The notes: generated by a model not told the origin, from the letters alone. Positions 43,675 to 54,744 are shown, counted from the stretch's first letter. The stretch: DNA of 64,000 bases from Obrimoposthia wandeli (GCA_977020255.1 CDROCS010000506.1:1178001-1242000), one strand, 5' to 3'. Numbers and translations: made by a program.

Positions 43675-45321
43675 CTATAGCTCTAAATTTTTGAATTTTT
43701 CGCGTAAATGGTTACGCACACCAATTGCCGTTAAGTTGAGCCCGATAATAACCGTCACTAACAAGAACGACGTGGCATAAACTAATGGTCTTGCCGCTTC
43801 AACGTTTGGACTTTGGAAACCAACATCATAAATATGGAAACCTAAGTGCATGAACTTACGTTCAACGTGAATGTACGGGAAGTTCATATCAACCGGCAGT
43901 GTTGGTGCAAGTTTTACGACACCCACTAGCATTAACGGTGCAACTTCACCCGCAGCACGAGCAACCGCCAAAATCAGACCAGTCATAATAGCCGGACTTG
44001 CCATTGGCACAATAATACGCCATAACGTTTCAAACTTCGTTGCACCCAGTGCCAGCGAACCTTGACGTAATGATGTCGGAATACGCGATAAGCCTTCTTC
44101 CGTTGATACAATCACTACTGGTAACGTTAAAATAGCCAATGTTAATGCCGACCATAATACACCTGGCGAACCAAATACCGGTGATGGTGACGATTCAGGA
44201 TAGAATAAATCATCTATCGAACCACCTAACATATAAACAAAGAAACCCAGACCAAATACACCGTATACGATTGATGGTACACCTGCGAGGTTAATCACCG
44301 CAATACGGATCATTTTCGTCAAGCCATTCTTCGGAGCATATTCGTGTAAGTAAATCGCTGCAACCACACCTAATGGCGTCACAATAACAGCCATCAACAT
44401 CACCATGAAGATAGTACCAAAGATAGCCGGAAAAACACCGCCTTCGGTATTTGCTTCACGTGGGTCGCTGGTAATAAAGCTACCCATGTTACCAAACCAA
44501 TGACCGATCTTACTGACGATACTCATGTCGTTCGGGTAAGTCACGTCCAGCACGTTTGATAATGGAATGCGTACTTCTTCACCGCGCATATCTTTGACAA
44601 TAACAGCATCACGATTTGCTTGGTCACGGTAGCTGAATAATTGCGCTTCATCAACTTTGTATTCGGCACGCAGTCCTGCAGAAATCTTGCTATATTTCGC
44701 TTCAATTTCGCTAGTCAGTTCATCTTTCAGTTCATAACTACGTAGCTTTAAGCGAATACGCTCTAACTCATAGTTAACTGAACTAATATCACCTTTCTGT
44801 AGATCTTGTGCTTTGTCGTTCAATGCGACAGCACGGTCAATCAAGGCATCTAATTGCGCCGCAGACGTTAAGGTCTTCTTCACCCCATCTTCTTCGATAG
44901 CAATCGGGTAACCGTAAAAGTTACCGTTATTGAAACGTTCAAACACAGCAACTGCAGCTGGTGTTGATTGCTCGGTAATTGCAGGCCCCAGTAACCAGCT
45001 GAAATCTAAATCTACATATTCACGGTTACCGGTTTTAACTAAAATACGCTCTACTGTTTCTAGCGTAGGATCAATCTTGACCCCCGCTTCCAGTAAACGT
45101 TGAATAGGCACGACTTCACGGTCATAAATCTCACCAATAACCGTACGATGTGAGCCATCTTCTAGCTGTACATTAAATTCATGTATCGCACTTGGCCAAA
45201 AGTAAGTCAGACCACGCCATGCGATCAACATTAACAAACCAAGTACAGCAATCAAACTTATGCTTACAGCACCACCTGTCATCCATATCCAAGGCGATCC
45301 TGAGCGAAACCAATTTTTCAT
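43675..45321 (-). CDS. pstA: Phosphate ABC permease PstA, long form
   Basis: [29 protein letters not shown]; extra N-terminal periplasmic region. Confidence 0.95.
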   Translation of the reverse strand: MKNWFRSGSPWIWMTGGAVSISLIAVLGLLMLIAWRGLTYFWPSAIHEFNVQLEDGSHRTVIGEIYDREVVPIQRLLEAGVKIDPTLETVERILVKTGNREYVDLDFSWLLGPAITEQSTPAAVAVFERFNNGNFYGYPIAIEEDGVKKTLTSAAQLDALIDRAVALNDKAQDLQKGDISSVNYELERIRLKLRSYELKDELTSEIEAKYSKISAGLRAEYKVDEAQLFSYRDQANRDAVIVKDMRGEEVRIPLSNVLDVTYPNDMSIVSKIGHWFGNMGSFITSDPREANTEGGVFPAIFGTIFMVMLMAVIVTPLGVVAAIYLHEYAPKNGLTKMIRIAVINLAGVPSIVYGVFGLGFFVYMLGGSIDDLFYPESSPSPVFGSPGVLWSALTLAILTLPVVIVSTEEGLSRIPTSLRQGSLALGATKFETLWRIIVPMASPAIMTGLILAVARAAGEVAPLMLVGVVKLAPTLPVDMNFPYIHVERKFMHLGFHIYDVGFQSPNVEAARPLVYATSFLLVTVIIGLNLTAIGVRNHLREKFKNLEL

Positions 45322-45348
45322 TTTAATATCCTAGTTATCAGCTTTAGA

Positions 45349-47559
45349 TTAAATCGCGCTGTATTTTTCACGTAAACGCTGTCTCACGAATTCCGCAATG
45401 GTATTGAATATAAACGTCAGTACAAACAGTACGAATGCCGCTAAGAACAGGACGCGATAATGCGAGCTACCCACTTCTGATTCAGGCATTTCTACCGCAA
45501 TATTGGCTGCCAATGTTCTCATACCAGAGAAAATATTGAAGTCCATTACTGGGGTGTTACCGGTTGCCATTAATACAATCATCGTTTCGCCAACCGCGCG
45601 GCCTAAGCCCATCATGACAGCAGAGAAGATACCTGGACTCGCTGTTAGCAATACCACTTTAACCAGTGTTTGCCAGCTTGTAGCACCTAATGCCAATGAA
45701 CCTTGCGTTAAATGCTTTGGTACACTGAAAATTGCATCTTCAGCAATCGAGAAGATAGTCGGAATAACCGCAAAGCCCATCGCGATACCAACAATCAGTG
45801 AGTTACGTTGGTCGAAACCAAAGATATCATTGATGTAAGCACGTGCATCACCATCAAATACTAAATCTTCTACTAGCGGACTCGCTAATACCGATAAGTA
45901 ACCCACCAACAGTAATACTGGCAATAGGATGATAACGTGTGCGCCTTCAGGAACACGATTAACAAATGACTGTGGTAAGAAATGCCAAATTGCAGCCACC
46001 AGCACGGCGGAGAATGGCAATAACACCGCGATCATCATGACCCCGGGCAAATGCATTTCCACAAATGGTGCTAACCACAGACCCGCAAGGAAACCAAGGA
46101 TAACCGTTGGTAACGCTTCCATGATTTCAACGGTTGGTTTAATTACTTTACGTAAACCAGAATTCATGAAGTAAGCAGTATAAATAGCACCTGCTACCGC
46201 GATAGGCACCGCGAATAACATCGCATAGAATGCCGCTTTAATGGTACCAAATGTGATTGGCACTAAGCTTAATTTCGCTTCAAAGTCATCTGATGCTGAT
46301 GTTGACTGCCACACATAATCTGGTTCAGGATAACCTTCATACCAAACTTCTTGCCACAATGCGCTCCATGTTACTTCTGGATGCTCATTGGTTAGCTTGT
46401 AAAAACCAATACCTTGTTCTGATTCAACCATAAACGCATTTGCTCGAGGAGAGATAGCAACGTGTTGTAGGGAACCCATTTTAAGGTCTTGGTGTAATAA
46501 TGTTGTTTCGCCAGTAGTATGGAAAATGCTTAAGCTATTATCCGCACCCACAGTCATGAAACCTTTACGTGAATATTCAATGGTAATATCAGTCACACTT
46601 GATTTAGCATCAAACTGACGGATCTTAGTAAACTTACGCTCACCGTCTTTCGCCACTTCAAACCACTGACTGACTACGCCATTGTCATTACCGACTAATA
46701 ATGAACTTGCACCCGTGAGCAATGCCACATGAGTTACATTCTGTTGGTGTTCATTAATGTCGAGTACTTCTACAATAGTAATATCATCGGTATCACGGAT
46801 ATCGTAGATAGATAATTTGTTACCGCTGCGCATAAAGATGAAACGGAAGTTAGGTGTTAACAATACCTGCTCAACATCCATTGGCATTGAAGGCAGTTCG
46901 ATTGTTTCGCTGCTCCATTCCAATTCTTCAGTCATGAAGTTTTCTTCAGCTACATAACGTACTAATACACCACGGTTGTCGGCAGTAACCGCAACGATAG
47001 CTGCATCTTCACCTTCAACTTCAATTGCAACATGTTGCAATGCTTGGCCTTGGCTATCAATTTCAATCGGTTGCTCGCCAAATGGGAACTCAACTTGAGG
47101 AGTGATAAGACGCTTATCACCAGGATAAGTAATATCGAAATCTGCTGCCGCAACAATCGCATTACCATCACTTAAACCAAATACCACGGCTGCTGATGTT
47201 GGTCCACTTTGACCAAACGAGACTGCTTGCTGTGGTAATGCATACTGCATTAACGCCACATCAGGGTCGGTGGTATTAAAGAAGTTAATCCCTAAATCAC
47301 TATAACGGTAAGCAATTTCATTTTGCTCTTCCATTGCTAATGCATAAGTTTTACCAGCAAAAGACTGACTGTATTGTGCTTTTGATTCTATTTTCGCAGA
47401 TTCAAAAACCGGATAAACCACATACAATAGATAGAAAAATATTAACAAAAGTGTCATCAGTACAACACCACCGCCCATTTTAATACCGTATTCTGCAAGT
47501 TTATCTTTAAGTAAACGCTTGCGGGAGCCCGCAATCGTTAAAGAAAACTGTTCAGCCAT
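45349..47559 (-). CDS. pstC: Phosphate ABC permease PstC, long form with a large periplasmic repeat domain
   Basis: EALPTVILG, RAVGETMIVLMATGN, TLAANIAVE; about 400-aa beta-rich insert. Confidence 0.93.
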   Translation of the reverse strand: MAEQFSLTIAGSRKRLLKDKLAEYGIKMGGGVVLMTLLLIFFYLLYVVYPVFESAKIESKAQYSQSFAGKTYALAMEEQNEIAYRYSDLGINFFNTTDPDVALMQYALPQQAVSFGQSGPTSAAVVFGLSDGNAIVAAADFDITYPGDKRLITPQVEFPFGEQPIEIDSQGQALQHVAIEVEGEDAAIVAVTADNRGVLVRYVAEENFMTEELEWSSETIELPSMPMDVEQVLLTPNFRFIFMRSGNKLSIYDIRDTDDITIVEVLDINEHQQNVTHVALLTGASSLLVGNDNGVVSQWFEVAKDGERKFTKIRQFDAKSSVTDITIEYSRKGFMTVGADNSLSIFHTTGETTLLHQDLKMGSLQHVAISPRANAFMVESEQGIGFYKLTNEHPEVTWSALWQEVWYEGYPEPDYVWQSTSASDDFEAKLSLVPITFGTIKAAFYAMLFAVPIAVAGAIYTAYFMNSGLRKVIKPTVEIMEALPTVILGFLAGLWLAPFVEMHLPGVMMIAVLLPFSAVLVAAIWHFLPQSFVNRVPEGAHVIILLPVLLLVGYLSVLASPLVEDLVFDGDARAYINDIFGFDQRNSLIVGIAMGFAVIPTIFSIAEDAIFSVPKHLTQGSLALGATSWQTLVKVVLLTASPGIFSAVMMGLGRAVGETMIVLMATGNTPVMDFNIFSGMRTLAANIAVEMPESEVGSSHYRVLFLAAFVLFVLTFIFNTIAEFVRQRLREKYSAI

Positions 47560-47612
47560 CACTTCCTCGTCTTTAGCTGTAATTAATCACAACGGGATTA
47601 TAGGGAATTTAT

Positions 47613-47630
47613 ATGACAGTTATATGACAT
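47613..47630 (-). promoter_or_regulatory. Pho box for pstCAB-phoU
   Basis: Reverse strand ATGTCAT-ATAA-CTGTCAT. Confidence 0.9.
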
Positions 47631-47719
47631 GCCGCAACAAGGTCAAATATATTCAACATTAGCTCGACTAAGCTCTGATTTTTAGATAACAGCACTGTAT
47701 TTATGCACACTATTTGCAT

Positions 47720-47756
47720 ATAGTACGCCGCATCATAATAATAGTACGCCGCATCA
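47720..47756 (+). repeat. 16-bp direct repeat, 21-bp period
   Basis: ATAGTACGCCGCATCA at 47720 and 47741. Confidence 0.9.
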
Positions 47757-47779
47757 AATTTATTACATAGGGCTTAACA

Positions 47780-48283
47780 ATGCTTAAACAACTTATCGTA
47801 ACGCTTATTGGTGATGACAAATCAGGTCTCATCAATAATTTATCGCGTGTCGTCGCCGAACATAAGGGCAATTGGTTAGCAAGTAATATGAGTGAGCTAG
47901 CAGGGCAATTTGCCGGCATTCTACAAATTTCAGTCGAAGATGAATATTACCGTGATTTATGTGAAGCATTGAGCCTCATTCCAGGCCTGACCATCAATTT
48001 CGCCGAAGGTAAGAATCAAAGCATTTGGCAACAATCACCCTGCCTGATTATTCAAGACAGTGATCGCCCTGGTATTATTAATGAAGTATCACAAGTGCTT
48101 ACACAGCATGGCATTGAATTAAAAGCGATCACAACGCATTGTAAAGACCTATGGCAATCAGATAATAATTGTTTTTACGCCAAACTAAAACTCGCGTTAC
48201 CAGAAAACTTAGATATGGATAAATTTAATATTGCGCTTGCAAAAATTTCACCTACTTTAATTTCTGAAATGACCGAAGCGTAA
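47780..48283 (+). CDS. Tandem ACT-domain protein (GcvR-like)
   Basis: GDDKSGL and DRPGII ACT loops, GNWLASNMSELAGQFAG. Confidence 0.85.
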   Translation: MLKQLIVTLIGDDKSGLINNLSRVVAEHKGNWLASNMSELAGQFAGILQISVEDEYYRDLCEALSLIPGLTINFAEGKNQSIWQQSPCLIIQDSDRPGIINEVSQVLTQHGIELKAITTHCKDLWQSDNNCFYAKLKLALPENLDMDKFNIALAKISPTLISEMTEA

Positions 48284-48298
48284 AACACCGCACAAACA

Positions 48299-48338
48299 AA
48301 ACGGCGCCATTATCAATAAGATAATGGCGCCGTTTTTC
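48299..48338. terminator. Bidirectional terminator
   Basis: AAACGGCGCCATTATC-AATAA-GATAATGGCGCCGTTTTT. Confidence 0.85.
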
Positions 48339-48403
48339 TTTCATGTAGCCACATAATCACATTGTAACAATCAATATTCATGCTAATTAACTGTCACTAT
48401 CAA

Positions 48404-48421
48404 CCGTCATAAACCAGTCAT
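48404..48421 (+). promoter_or_regulatory. Orphan Pho-box-like site
   Basis: CCGTCAT-AAAC-CAGTCAT (11-bp register) with flanking CTGTCAC (48391) and TTTCAC half sites. Confidence 0.55.
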
Positions 48422-48465
48422 AAACGGTTTCACAACCTCAATATAAATATCAAGCGTTAGCTCGT

Positions 48466-49926
48466 TTATGACACATTGATTAACGTGACTTTACCGTCTT
48501 CATCTACTTCTGCAATATGACCTTTTGGCTCTTCCATTAACAGCAAGGCAATAAAGCCCACGATAGCTGTCACTGCAATGGCATAAAAGAACACTTGCGT
48601 TGATACGATTGAATACAGCGTTAAGTAAAATACCGCACCGACATTACCATATGCACCAGTCATACCAGCAATCTGCCCAGTTAAACGGCGCTTGATTAAT
48701 GGTACAGCCGCGAATACAGCGCCCTCACCTGCTTGCACGAAGAACGAACACGCCATTGCTGTAGCGATAGCCAGAGGCAGCGACCACTCACCAGTGATTT
48801 GTGACATTGCATAGTAACCAACCGCCAAACCAGCCGTCAGAATAAGTAAAGTTTTCTTACGGCCAAAGCGATCACTGATCCAACCGCCACCAGGGCGAGA
48901 CATCAGATTCATGAAGGCATAAGACGCAGCAACCATACCCGCTTCAGCCATGCCTAAACCGAAGGTTTCAGCAAAGAATAATGGCAACATCGAAATAACC
49001 GCAAGTTCAGAACCAAATGTTGAGAAATACAATACGTTAAGTACCGCCACTTGCTTAAACTTATAACGCTCAATTTCCGGTACTTCTTTGACAAAGATAT
49101 CGCTATTTACTTGATAGGTTTTCCAACAATCTAATACGTACAACACAGCTAGGCCAGCATAAATCATATATGTGGTCATTTCAGTGAACATATCAACTTG
49201 TAATAACTTCCATGCTAAAAGATCGAGCGTTAAATACATTGGTAATTTCATGAACAACAGTAGATAGAAATCACTTTTACTCGTGACTTCCATTGCGCCG
49301 CCTTTTTTCGGACGGAAATACGTTGCACCTTTCGGAGTATCTGTCACATTAAGGTAATAGACAACACTGAACAATAAGCTCATTAAACCGGTAATGGCAA
49401 TCGCATAACGCCAGCCATCTTCACCACCAAATAATAAAGCAATAGTCGGCAGTGTGAATGCAGCAGCAGCAGAACCGAAGTTACCCCAACCGCCATAAAT
49501 ACCTTCTGCCGTGCCTAATTCATTGGCCGGAAACCACTCACTGACGATACGAATACCAACCACAAAACCCGCACCAATCAAGCCCATCATGAAACGCGCA
49601 ATGGCCAATTGTTCGAAAGTCGTTGCCAGTGCAAACATAAAGCACGGTATTGAGCAGACTGCTAATAAGGTCGAATAAACAATACGAGGCCCGTATTTAT
49701 CGGTTAGCATACCAATAATAACCCGCGCAGGGATCGTTAACGCCACATTCAAAATAAGTAAGGTTTTCACCTCTTCCGTGGTCAGTCCCATACTGTCTTT
49801 AATGGCTAACATTAATGGCGCGGCATTAAACCACACCACAAAGGTAATAAAAAACGCCATCCACGATAGGTGTAATGTTTTCATCTTCCCTGAAAAAGAC
49901 AATATGTTAAATTTTTCTTGTCCCAT
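48466..49926 (-). CDS. NarK/NasA-family nitrate/nitrite MFS transporter
   Basis: LHLSWMAFFITFVVWF, GAGFVVG, GTAEGIYGGWGNFG, FGSELAV, RPGGGW.SD, GAYGNVG. Confidence 0.92.
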   Translation of the reverse strand: MGQEKFNILSFSGKMKTLHLSWMAFFITFVVWFNAAPLMLAIKDSMGLTTEEVKTLLILNVALTIPARVIIGMLTDKYGPRIVYSTLLAVCSIPCFMFALATTFEQLAIARFMMGLIGAGFVVGIRIVSEWFPANELGTAEGIYGGWGNFGSAAAAFTLPTIALLFGGEDGWRYAIAITGLMSLLFSVVYYLNVTDTPKGATYFRPKKGGAMEVTSKSDFYLLLFMKLPMYLTLDLLAWKLLQVDMFTEMTTYMIYAGLAVLYVLDCWKTYQVNSDIFVKEVPEIERYKFKQVAVLNVLYFSTFGSELAVISMLPLFFAETFGLGMAEAGMVAASYAFMNLMSRPGGGWISDRFGRKKTLLILTAGLAVGYYAMSQITGEWSLPLAIATAMACSFFVQAGEGAVFAAVPLIKRRLTGQIAGMTGAYGNVGAVFYLTLYSIVSTQVFFYAIAVTAIVGFIALLLMEEPKGHIAEVDEDGKVTLINVS

Positions 49927-49985
49927 AAAAAATCCCTCTTCGATAATTAACACAAAATATAAAGTCTTTATCCTAATGAAGGTAT

Positions 49986-50001
49986 TGCAACACTAATGCC
50001 A
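49986..50001 (-). promoter_or_regulatory. Sigma54 -24/-12 promoter of the nitrate transporter
   Basis: Reverse strand TGGCATTAGTGTTGCA = GG-N10-GC. Confidence 0.8.
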
Positions 50002-50085
50002 ACTAATAGAAGTTCAAACAAAACACTAACTATCAACAACTTGCAGTATTTAAGTTGTATTTACTTAGGCTTAAAAAGCAGAATG

Positions 50086-50102
50086 TGCACCAAAACGGGG
50101 AT
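50086..50102. promoter_or_regulatory. Candidate NtrC site
   Basis: TGCACCA-AAA-CGGGGAT; one strong half site about 90 bp upstream of the sigma54 site. Confidence 0.5.
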
Positions 50103-50148
50103 TAAATGTGAGGAATGTATCATTTTATGAGCAATAGTTCTAAACGCA

Positions 50149-50177
50149 AAAAGCCCGCTATATAGATAGCGGGCTTC
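50149..50177 (-). terminator. Terminator after pstS
   Basis: AAAAAGCCCGCTA-TATAGA-TAGCGGGCTT. Confidence 0.8.
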
Positions 50178-50203
50178 GAATTATTTAACTTAAGTAAGTT
50201 GTA

Positions 50204-51181
50204 TTACAGTGTAATACCCGCTTTCTTAAGGTCTTTTGCTGTAACTGAGTTAGGTAGTGGGATGTAACCATCTTTCGCTACGATCTTCTGACCTTGTTTT
50301 GATAACATCAATTTCAAGAACTCTGCTTGCATTGGTGATAATGCTTTGTTTGGCGCCTTGTTGATGTAAACATATAGGTAACGAGACAGTGGGTATTTAC
50401 CTGATGCTGCATTATCTAGTGATGCATCAATGTAGTTAGTGCCTTTTTTAGCAATTGCTACTGCACGTACACCTGATGTTTTATAACCGATACCCGAGTA
50501 ACCAACTGCGTTCAGTGATGATGATACTGACTGTACTACAGATGCTGAACCAGGTTGCTCATTTACGTTGTTCTTGAAGTCACCTTTACACAGTGCTTTT
50601 TTCTTGAAGTAACCATAAGTACCTGATACTGAGTTACGACCGAATAATTGAATGTCACGCTCTGCCCAAGAACCTTCTAGTCCTAGCTCACCCCAACGTT
50701 CAACACGCTTAGATTCACCACATTTCAATGTGCTTGAGAAGATTGCATCAACATCAGCAATGCTTAAACCTTTAATTGGGTTATCTTTATGTACGAATAC
50801 CGCCAGTGCATCAATCGCTACACGAATTGCCGTTGGCTTGTAACCGTAACGTTTTTCAAACGCTTCAATTTCTTTCGACTTCATTTTACGGCTCATTGGA
50901 CCGAACTGTGAAGTACCTTCTGTTAGTGCAGGTGGCGCAGTAGAAGAGCCAGCCGCTTGAATTTGTACATTAACACTTGGGTAAGTATGTTTGAATTCTT
51001 CAGCCCACAACGTCATCATGTTTGCTAATGTATCTGAACCAACTGTAGATAGATTACCTGAGATGCCGCTTACTTTTTGATACTCTGGTAATTTAGGGTC
51101 TAGACCTGCAGCAAATGCGCTTTGTGAAGCGATTGCTGTCATTGAAATCCCTAATGCTACAACAATTTGTTTAATATTCAT
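50204..51181 (-). CDS. pstS: Phosphate-binding protein PstS
   Basis: [32 protein letters not shown]; signal peptide. Confidence 0.95.
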   Translation of the reverse strand: MNIKQIVVALGISMTAIASQSAFAAGLDPKLPEYQKVSGISGNLSTVGSDTLANMMTLWAEEFKHTYPSVNVQIQAAGSSTAPPALTEGTSQFGPMSRKMKSKEIEAFEKRYGYKPTAIRVAIDALAVFVHKDNPIKGLSIADVDAIFSSTLKCGESKRVERWGELGLEGSWAERDIQLFGRNSVSGTYGYFKKKALCKGDFKNNVNEQPGSASVVQSVSSSLNAVGYSGIGYKTSGVRAVAIAKKGTNYIDASLDNAASGKYPLSRYLYVYINKAPNKALSPMQAEFLKLMLSKQGQKIVAKDGYIPLPNSVTAKDLKKAGITL

Positions 51182-51274
51182 TTTTTACTTCTCCAAGTAT
51201 AATGTTTTATTTCGTCTTAATGACTAATAATGTTTTGTATCTCGTTTCTGTGACTACAAGTATCCAAGAAACTG

Positions 51275-51314
51275 ATGACAATAATATGAACGAAACATGA
51301 CGGTTTGATGACAG
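51275..51314 (-). promoter_or_regulatory. Double Pho box for pstS
   Basis: ATGAC/ATGAA half sites at 51275, 51286, 51297, 51308 (exact 11-bp period). Confidence 0.9.
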
Positions 51315-51350
51315 TCACCGATTTATACTAAATAAAGTTAATCTATGACA

Positions 51351-51379
51351 AAAAAAAGCCCATCACAATGGATGGGCTT
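51351..51379 (-). terminator. Terminator after phoR
   Basis: AAAAAAAGCCCATC-ACAATG-GATGGGCTT. Confidence 0.8.
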
Positions 51380-51396
51380 CAATCGTTATTATAACC

Positions 51397-52695
51397 TTAA
51401 TGACGTTTTACAGTCGTCACTAACGGCAATGTGAAGCTAAAGCAGCTGCCTTTATTCACTTTACTGTCAATATTCAACAAACTGTCATGATTGGTCAATA
51501 CATGTTTAACAATAGATAAACCAATACCAGAACCACCAGAATCACGTGAACGCGCATCATCAACACGATAAAAACGTTCGGTTAAATGATGGACGTGCTC
51601 CGCAGAAATACCGTCACCATTATCAGTCACGCTAAAGAAACCACCAGCCGATGTTTTCTTCCACTCAACGACAACGTTACCTTCTTCAGGTGTATAGCGT
51701 ATCGCATTGTAAATCAAGTTAGACACCGCGCTGCGTAATTGCGATTCATCACCCATGGCAAACAAACCATTTTCTATATTAAATTCAACCTGCAAGGCTT
51801 TATCCGCCCCTAAAATTAATACTTCTTGCTCTAACATCGACAACATAAACGGTATATCAACTTGTTTTTCAAAGTCGACAGCCTGTGCTGCTTCAATACG
51901 AGACAAGGCCAACAATTGATTCACCAATGAATCCATACGTGCCGTTTGTTCAGACATCACTTTATGTGCACGCAAAAACATTTTGTCCGACTCATCCGGT
52001 TCAAGCATTTCCAGATAACCTTTTAATACGGTTAACGGCGTCCGTAATTCATGTGACACATTGCCCATAAAATTACGTCTGACTTGTTCCAGTTGACGCA
52101 GTTCGGTGACATCTCGCGCCACCAGCATCGACTGATCATCAGTATAAGTCATGATACGGATTTCTAATGTTTTCGAATTGTGCGTCGGAGAAGTGATCTC
52201 TAACGGCTCTTGATAGTCTCTAGAATTTAAATATTGGATAAAATCCGGGGTACGGATCAAGTTACCAATATGCTGATTAGCATCCTCTGGCCATTTCAAA
52301 CCAATCATTTGTCGCGCTAATTTATTACACCACATAATCGAGTAATCAGTATCTAACGCGACGACCGCATCGGGCAATGCTTCTGCACCTTCACGAAAAC
52401 GGCGGATCACCACACGTAATTCTTTACGCTTACGTTTATGGCGGCGCTGTAAACTGTAGATACCATTAAAAATTGATTCCCAACTGCCTTTACCTTCCGG
52501 CGGCGTTGCACTGCGCCCTACCCACAGCCATTTATGCAATACATATTGATTGCGATACAGGGCGATGACATTGATAACAGCCGCAATGAGTAAACTCAAG
52601 ATGATGTCATCAATGATTAAACCAACAAGAAAAAACGGGATATACCAATATAACAGTCGCCATAAGCCACTGAGAAAAACGTTCGTTTTCTTCAT
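51397..52695 (-). CDS. phoR: Sensor kinase PhoR
   Basis: NVSHELRTPLTVLKGYLEM, NLIYNAIRYT, DNGDGI, GGSGIGLSIVKH. Confidence 0.97.
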   Translation of the reverse strand: MKKTNVFLSGLWRLLYWYIPFFLVGLIIDDIILSLLIAAVINVIALYRNQYVLHKWLWVGRSATPPEGKGSWESIFNGIYSLQRRHKRKRKELRVVIRRFREGAEALPDAVVALDTDYSIMWCNKLARQMIGLKWPEDANQHIGNLIRTPDFIQYLNSRDYQEPLEITSPTHNSKTLEIRIMTYTDDQSMLVARDVTELRQLEQVRRNFMGNVSHELRTPLTVLKGYLEMLEPDESDKMFLRAHKVMSEQTARMDSLVNQLLALSRIEAAQAVDFEKQVDIPFMLSMLEQEVLILGADKALQVEFNIENGLFAMGDESQLRSAVSNLIYNAIRYTPEEGNVVVEWKKTSAGGFFSVTDNGDGISAEHVHHLTERFYRVDDARSRDSGGSGIGLSIVKHVLTNHDSLLNIDSKVNKGSCFSFTLPLVTTVKRH

Positions 52696-52717
52696 ATTGT
52701 CACTTCAACTCTACTGA

Positions 52718-53404
52718 TTAACGTACCGAGAAGCGGTAACCTGCACCACGCACAGTTTGCACATATTTATCGTGTTCACTCGGTGTTAATGCTTTACGTA
52801 AGCGACGGATATGCACATCTACCGTACGGTCTTCGACGTACACATTCATACCCCAAACATTATCAAGCAACTGCTCTCGAGAGTATACGCGCTCGGTATG
52901 GGTCATAAAAAAGTGCAAGAGTTTGAATTCTGTTGGACCTATATCAATAACCTCGTCACCCGCTGACACGCGATGCGCAACAGGATCAAGCTGTAAGCCA
53001 TTAATATCAATTACTGAATCTTGAGTCATTGGGGCAACACGGCGCATCACTGCATTTAACCGTGCAATCAATTCTTTTGGTGAGAATGGTTTAGTTATGT
53101 AATCATCAGCCCCAACTTCCAAGCCTTTGACTTTATCTTCCTCTTCACCACGTGCGGTTAACATCACGACTGGAATAGCAGATGAATGAGGTTGAGATTT
53201 TAGGTGCTTAATATATTTTATGCCGCTACCACCCGGTAACATCCAATCAAGTAAAATCAGATCAGGGTAAGGTTCAACAAGTCGCTCTACCGCTTCGTTG
53301 TAATCCCCAGCCTCAGTAACATCAAATCCTTTTTGCTCTAATGCAAAACACAGCATTTCACGGATCGCAAGTTCATCTTCAACTACTAAAATTCGCTTAG
53401 ACAC
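52718..53404 (-). CDS. phoB: Response regulator PhoB (GTG start)
   Basis: [46 protein letters not shown]. Confidence 0.97.
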   Translation of the reverse strand: MSKRILVVEDELAIREMLCFALEQKGFDVTEAGDYNEAVERLVEPYPDLILLDWMLPGGSGIKYIKHLKSQPHSSAIPVVMLTARGEEEDKVKGLEVGADDYITKPFSPKELIARLNAVMRRVAPMTQDSVIDINGLQLDPVAHRVSAGDEVIDIGPTEFKLLHFFMTHTERVYSREQLLDNVWGMNVYVEDRTVDVHIRRLRKALTPSEHDKYVQTVRGAGYRFSVR

Positions 53405-53547
53405 TTTAAATATCCTTTACTATTCTTCCCTTATCAACTGCGCACAGTCAGTAAAAGGTTTCTATTTAAATGATGAAAGACTTATTTATCTTTCGACTTT
53501 AACTGAAAGCGATTATCAGCTCAATATGTTTCAGAATTATTACATTG

Positions 53548-53565
53548 ATGAATTATTTATGAAAA
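53548..53565 (-). promoter_or_regulatory. Candidate autoregulatory Pho box for phoBR
   Basis: Reverse strand TTTTCAT-AAAT-AATTCAT; 11-bp register but a weak match. Confidence 0.45.
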
Positions 53566-53802
53566 AACAGATTTAGACCAAACAAATCATAACAATTATG
53601 TATAAATATAATACTTAATTGAAGGTATTGGTTTAATTACAAAAACAACCGTCACTATAAATCTATCGCGATTATTATTAATATCCGCCATACAATAATG
53701 AAGCCAATCATTAACGTCAGTTAGCCACTAACCAAACTGGCAATTTCCAATAGCCTTAAGTATACTGGTTATCCAAACAGTTGATACCAAGGTCCTGCTA
53801 TA

Positions 53803-54717
53803 ATGTGGTTTAAAAACTTACTAATTTATCGTTTCACCCGTCCATTTGAACTAGATATTGAGCAACTTGAAACCAAGTTAGCTGACTTCCCGTTTACCCC
53901 TTGCGGTAGCCAAGACTTGTCAAAGTTCGGTTGGATCAAACCACTGGGTAAATCAGGCCAAGCATTAACACACGGTATCAGCGATAACATCCTGATCTGT
54001 GCTAAAAAAGAAGACCGCGTATTACCAGCATCAGTGGTTAAAGACATGCTACAAGAAAAAGTAGATACCATTGAAGCAGAACAAGGTCGCGGCCTGAAGA
54101 AAAAAGAAAAAGATGCACTCAAAGAAGATATCGTGCATCAGCTTTTACCACGTGCATTCCCACGTAGCAGCCAAACGTTTGCTTGGATCTGTCCGTCACA
54201 AAATTTATTAGTGGTGGATGCATCAAGCGCTAAAAAAGCCGAAGACCTTATCGCATTATTACGTAAGTGTGTTGGTAGCCTACCCGTTGTGCCTGTTGCG
54301 TTAACAACACCTGCAGACGTAACCATGACTGAATGGTTAAATAAAGGTAATGCAGCACCTGGTTTTGAATTAGGTGATGAAGCTGAATTACGCTCTGCAC
54401 TTGAACACGGCGGTATTATCCGTTGTAAAGAACAAGACTTAACCAGCGACGAGATCCAGCACCACCTTAACGCTGATAAGTTAGTGACTAAACTAGCTTT
54501 AGATTGGGCTGAGTCACTGTCTTTCTTATTGGGCGAAGACATGTCAGTAAAACGTCTTAAGTTCAGCGACCTTATCAAAGAACAAAATGATGATGTAGCA
54601 ACCGAGGATTATGCAGCTAAATTTGATGCAGACTTTGCTTTGATGACAGGCGAATTAACGCGTTTTATTCCTGACTTAATCACTGCACTCGGCGGCGAAG
54701 AATCTGCGGCAAAATAA
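53803..54717 (+). CDS. rdgC: Recombination-associated protein RdgC
   Basis: MWFKNLLIYRF, LPRAF, CKEQDL, VTKLALDW, FDADF.LM. Confidence 0.97.
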   Translation: MWFKNLLIYRFTRPFELDIEQLETKLADFPFTPCGSQDLSKFGWIKPLGKSGQALTHGISDNILICAKKEDRVLPASVVKDMLQEKVDTIEAEQGRGLKKKEKDALKEDIVHQLLPRAFPRSSQTFAWICPSQNLLVVDASSAKKAEDLIALLRKCVGSLPVVPVALTTPADVTMTEWLNKGNAAPGFELGDEAELRSALEHGGIIRCKEQDLTSDEIQHHLNADKLVTKLALDWAESLSFLLGEDMSVKRLKFSDLIKEQNDDVATEDYAAKFDADFALMTGELTRFIPDLITALGGEESAAK

Positions 54718-54744
54718 CAACTCGTAATAAACTGTCGTAATTAA

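Noticed and set aside
49927-50140. FNR control of the nitrate transporter
   Set aside because: No TTGAT-N4-ATCAA found; a sigma54 promoter fits better.
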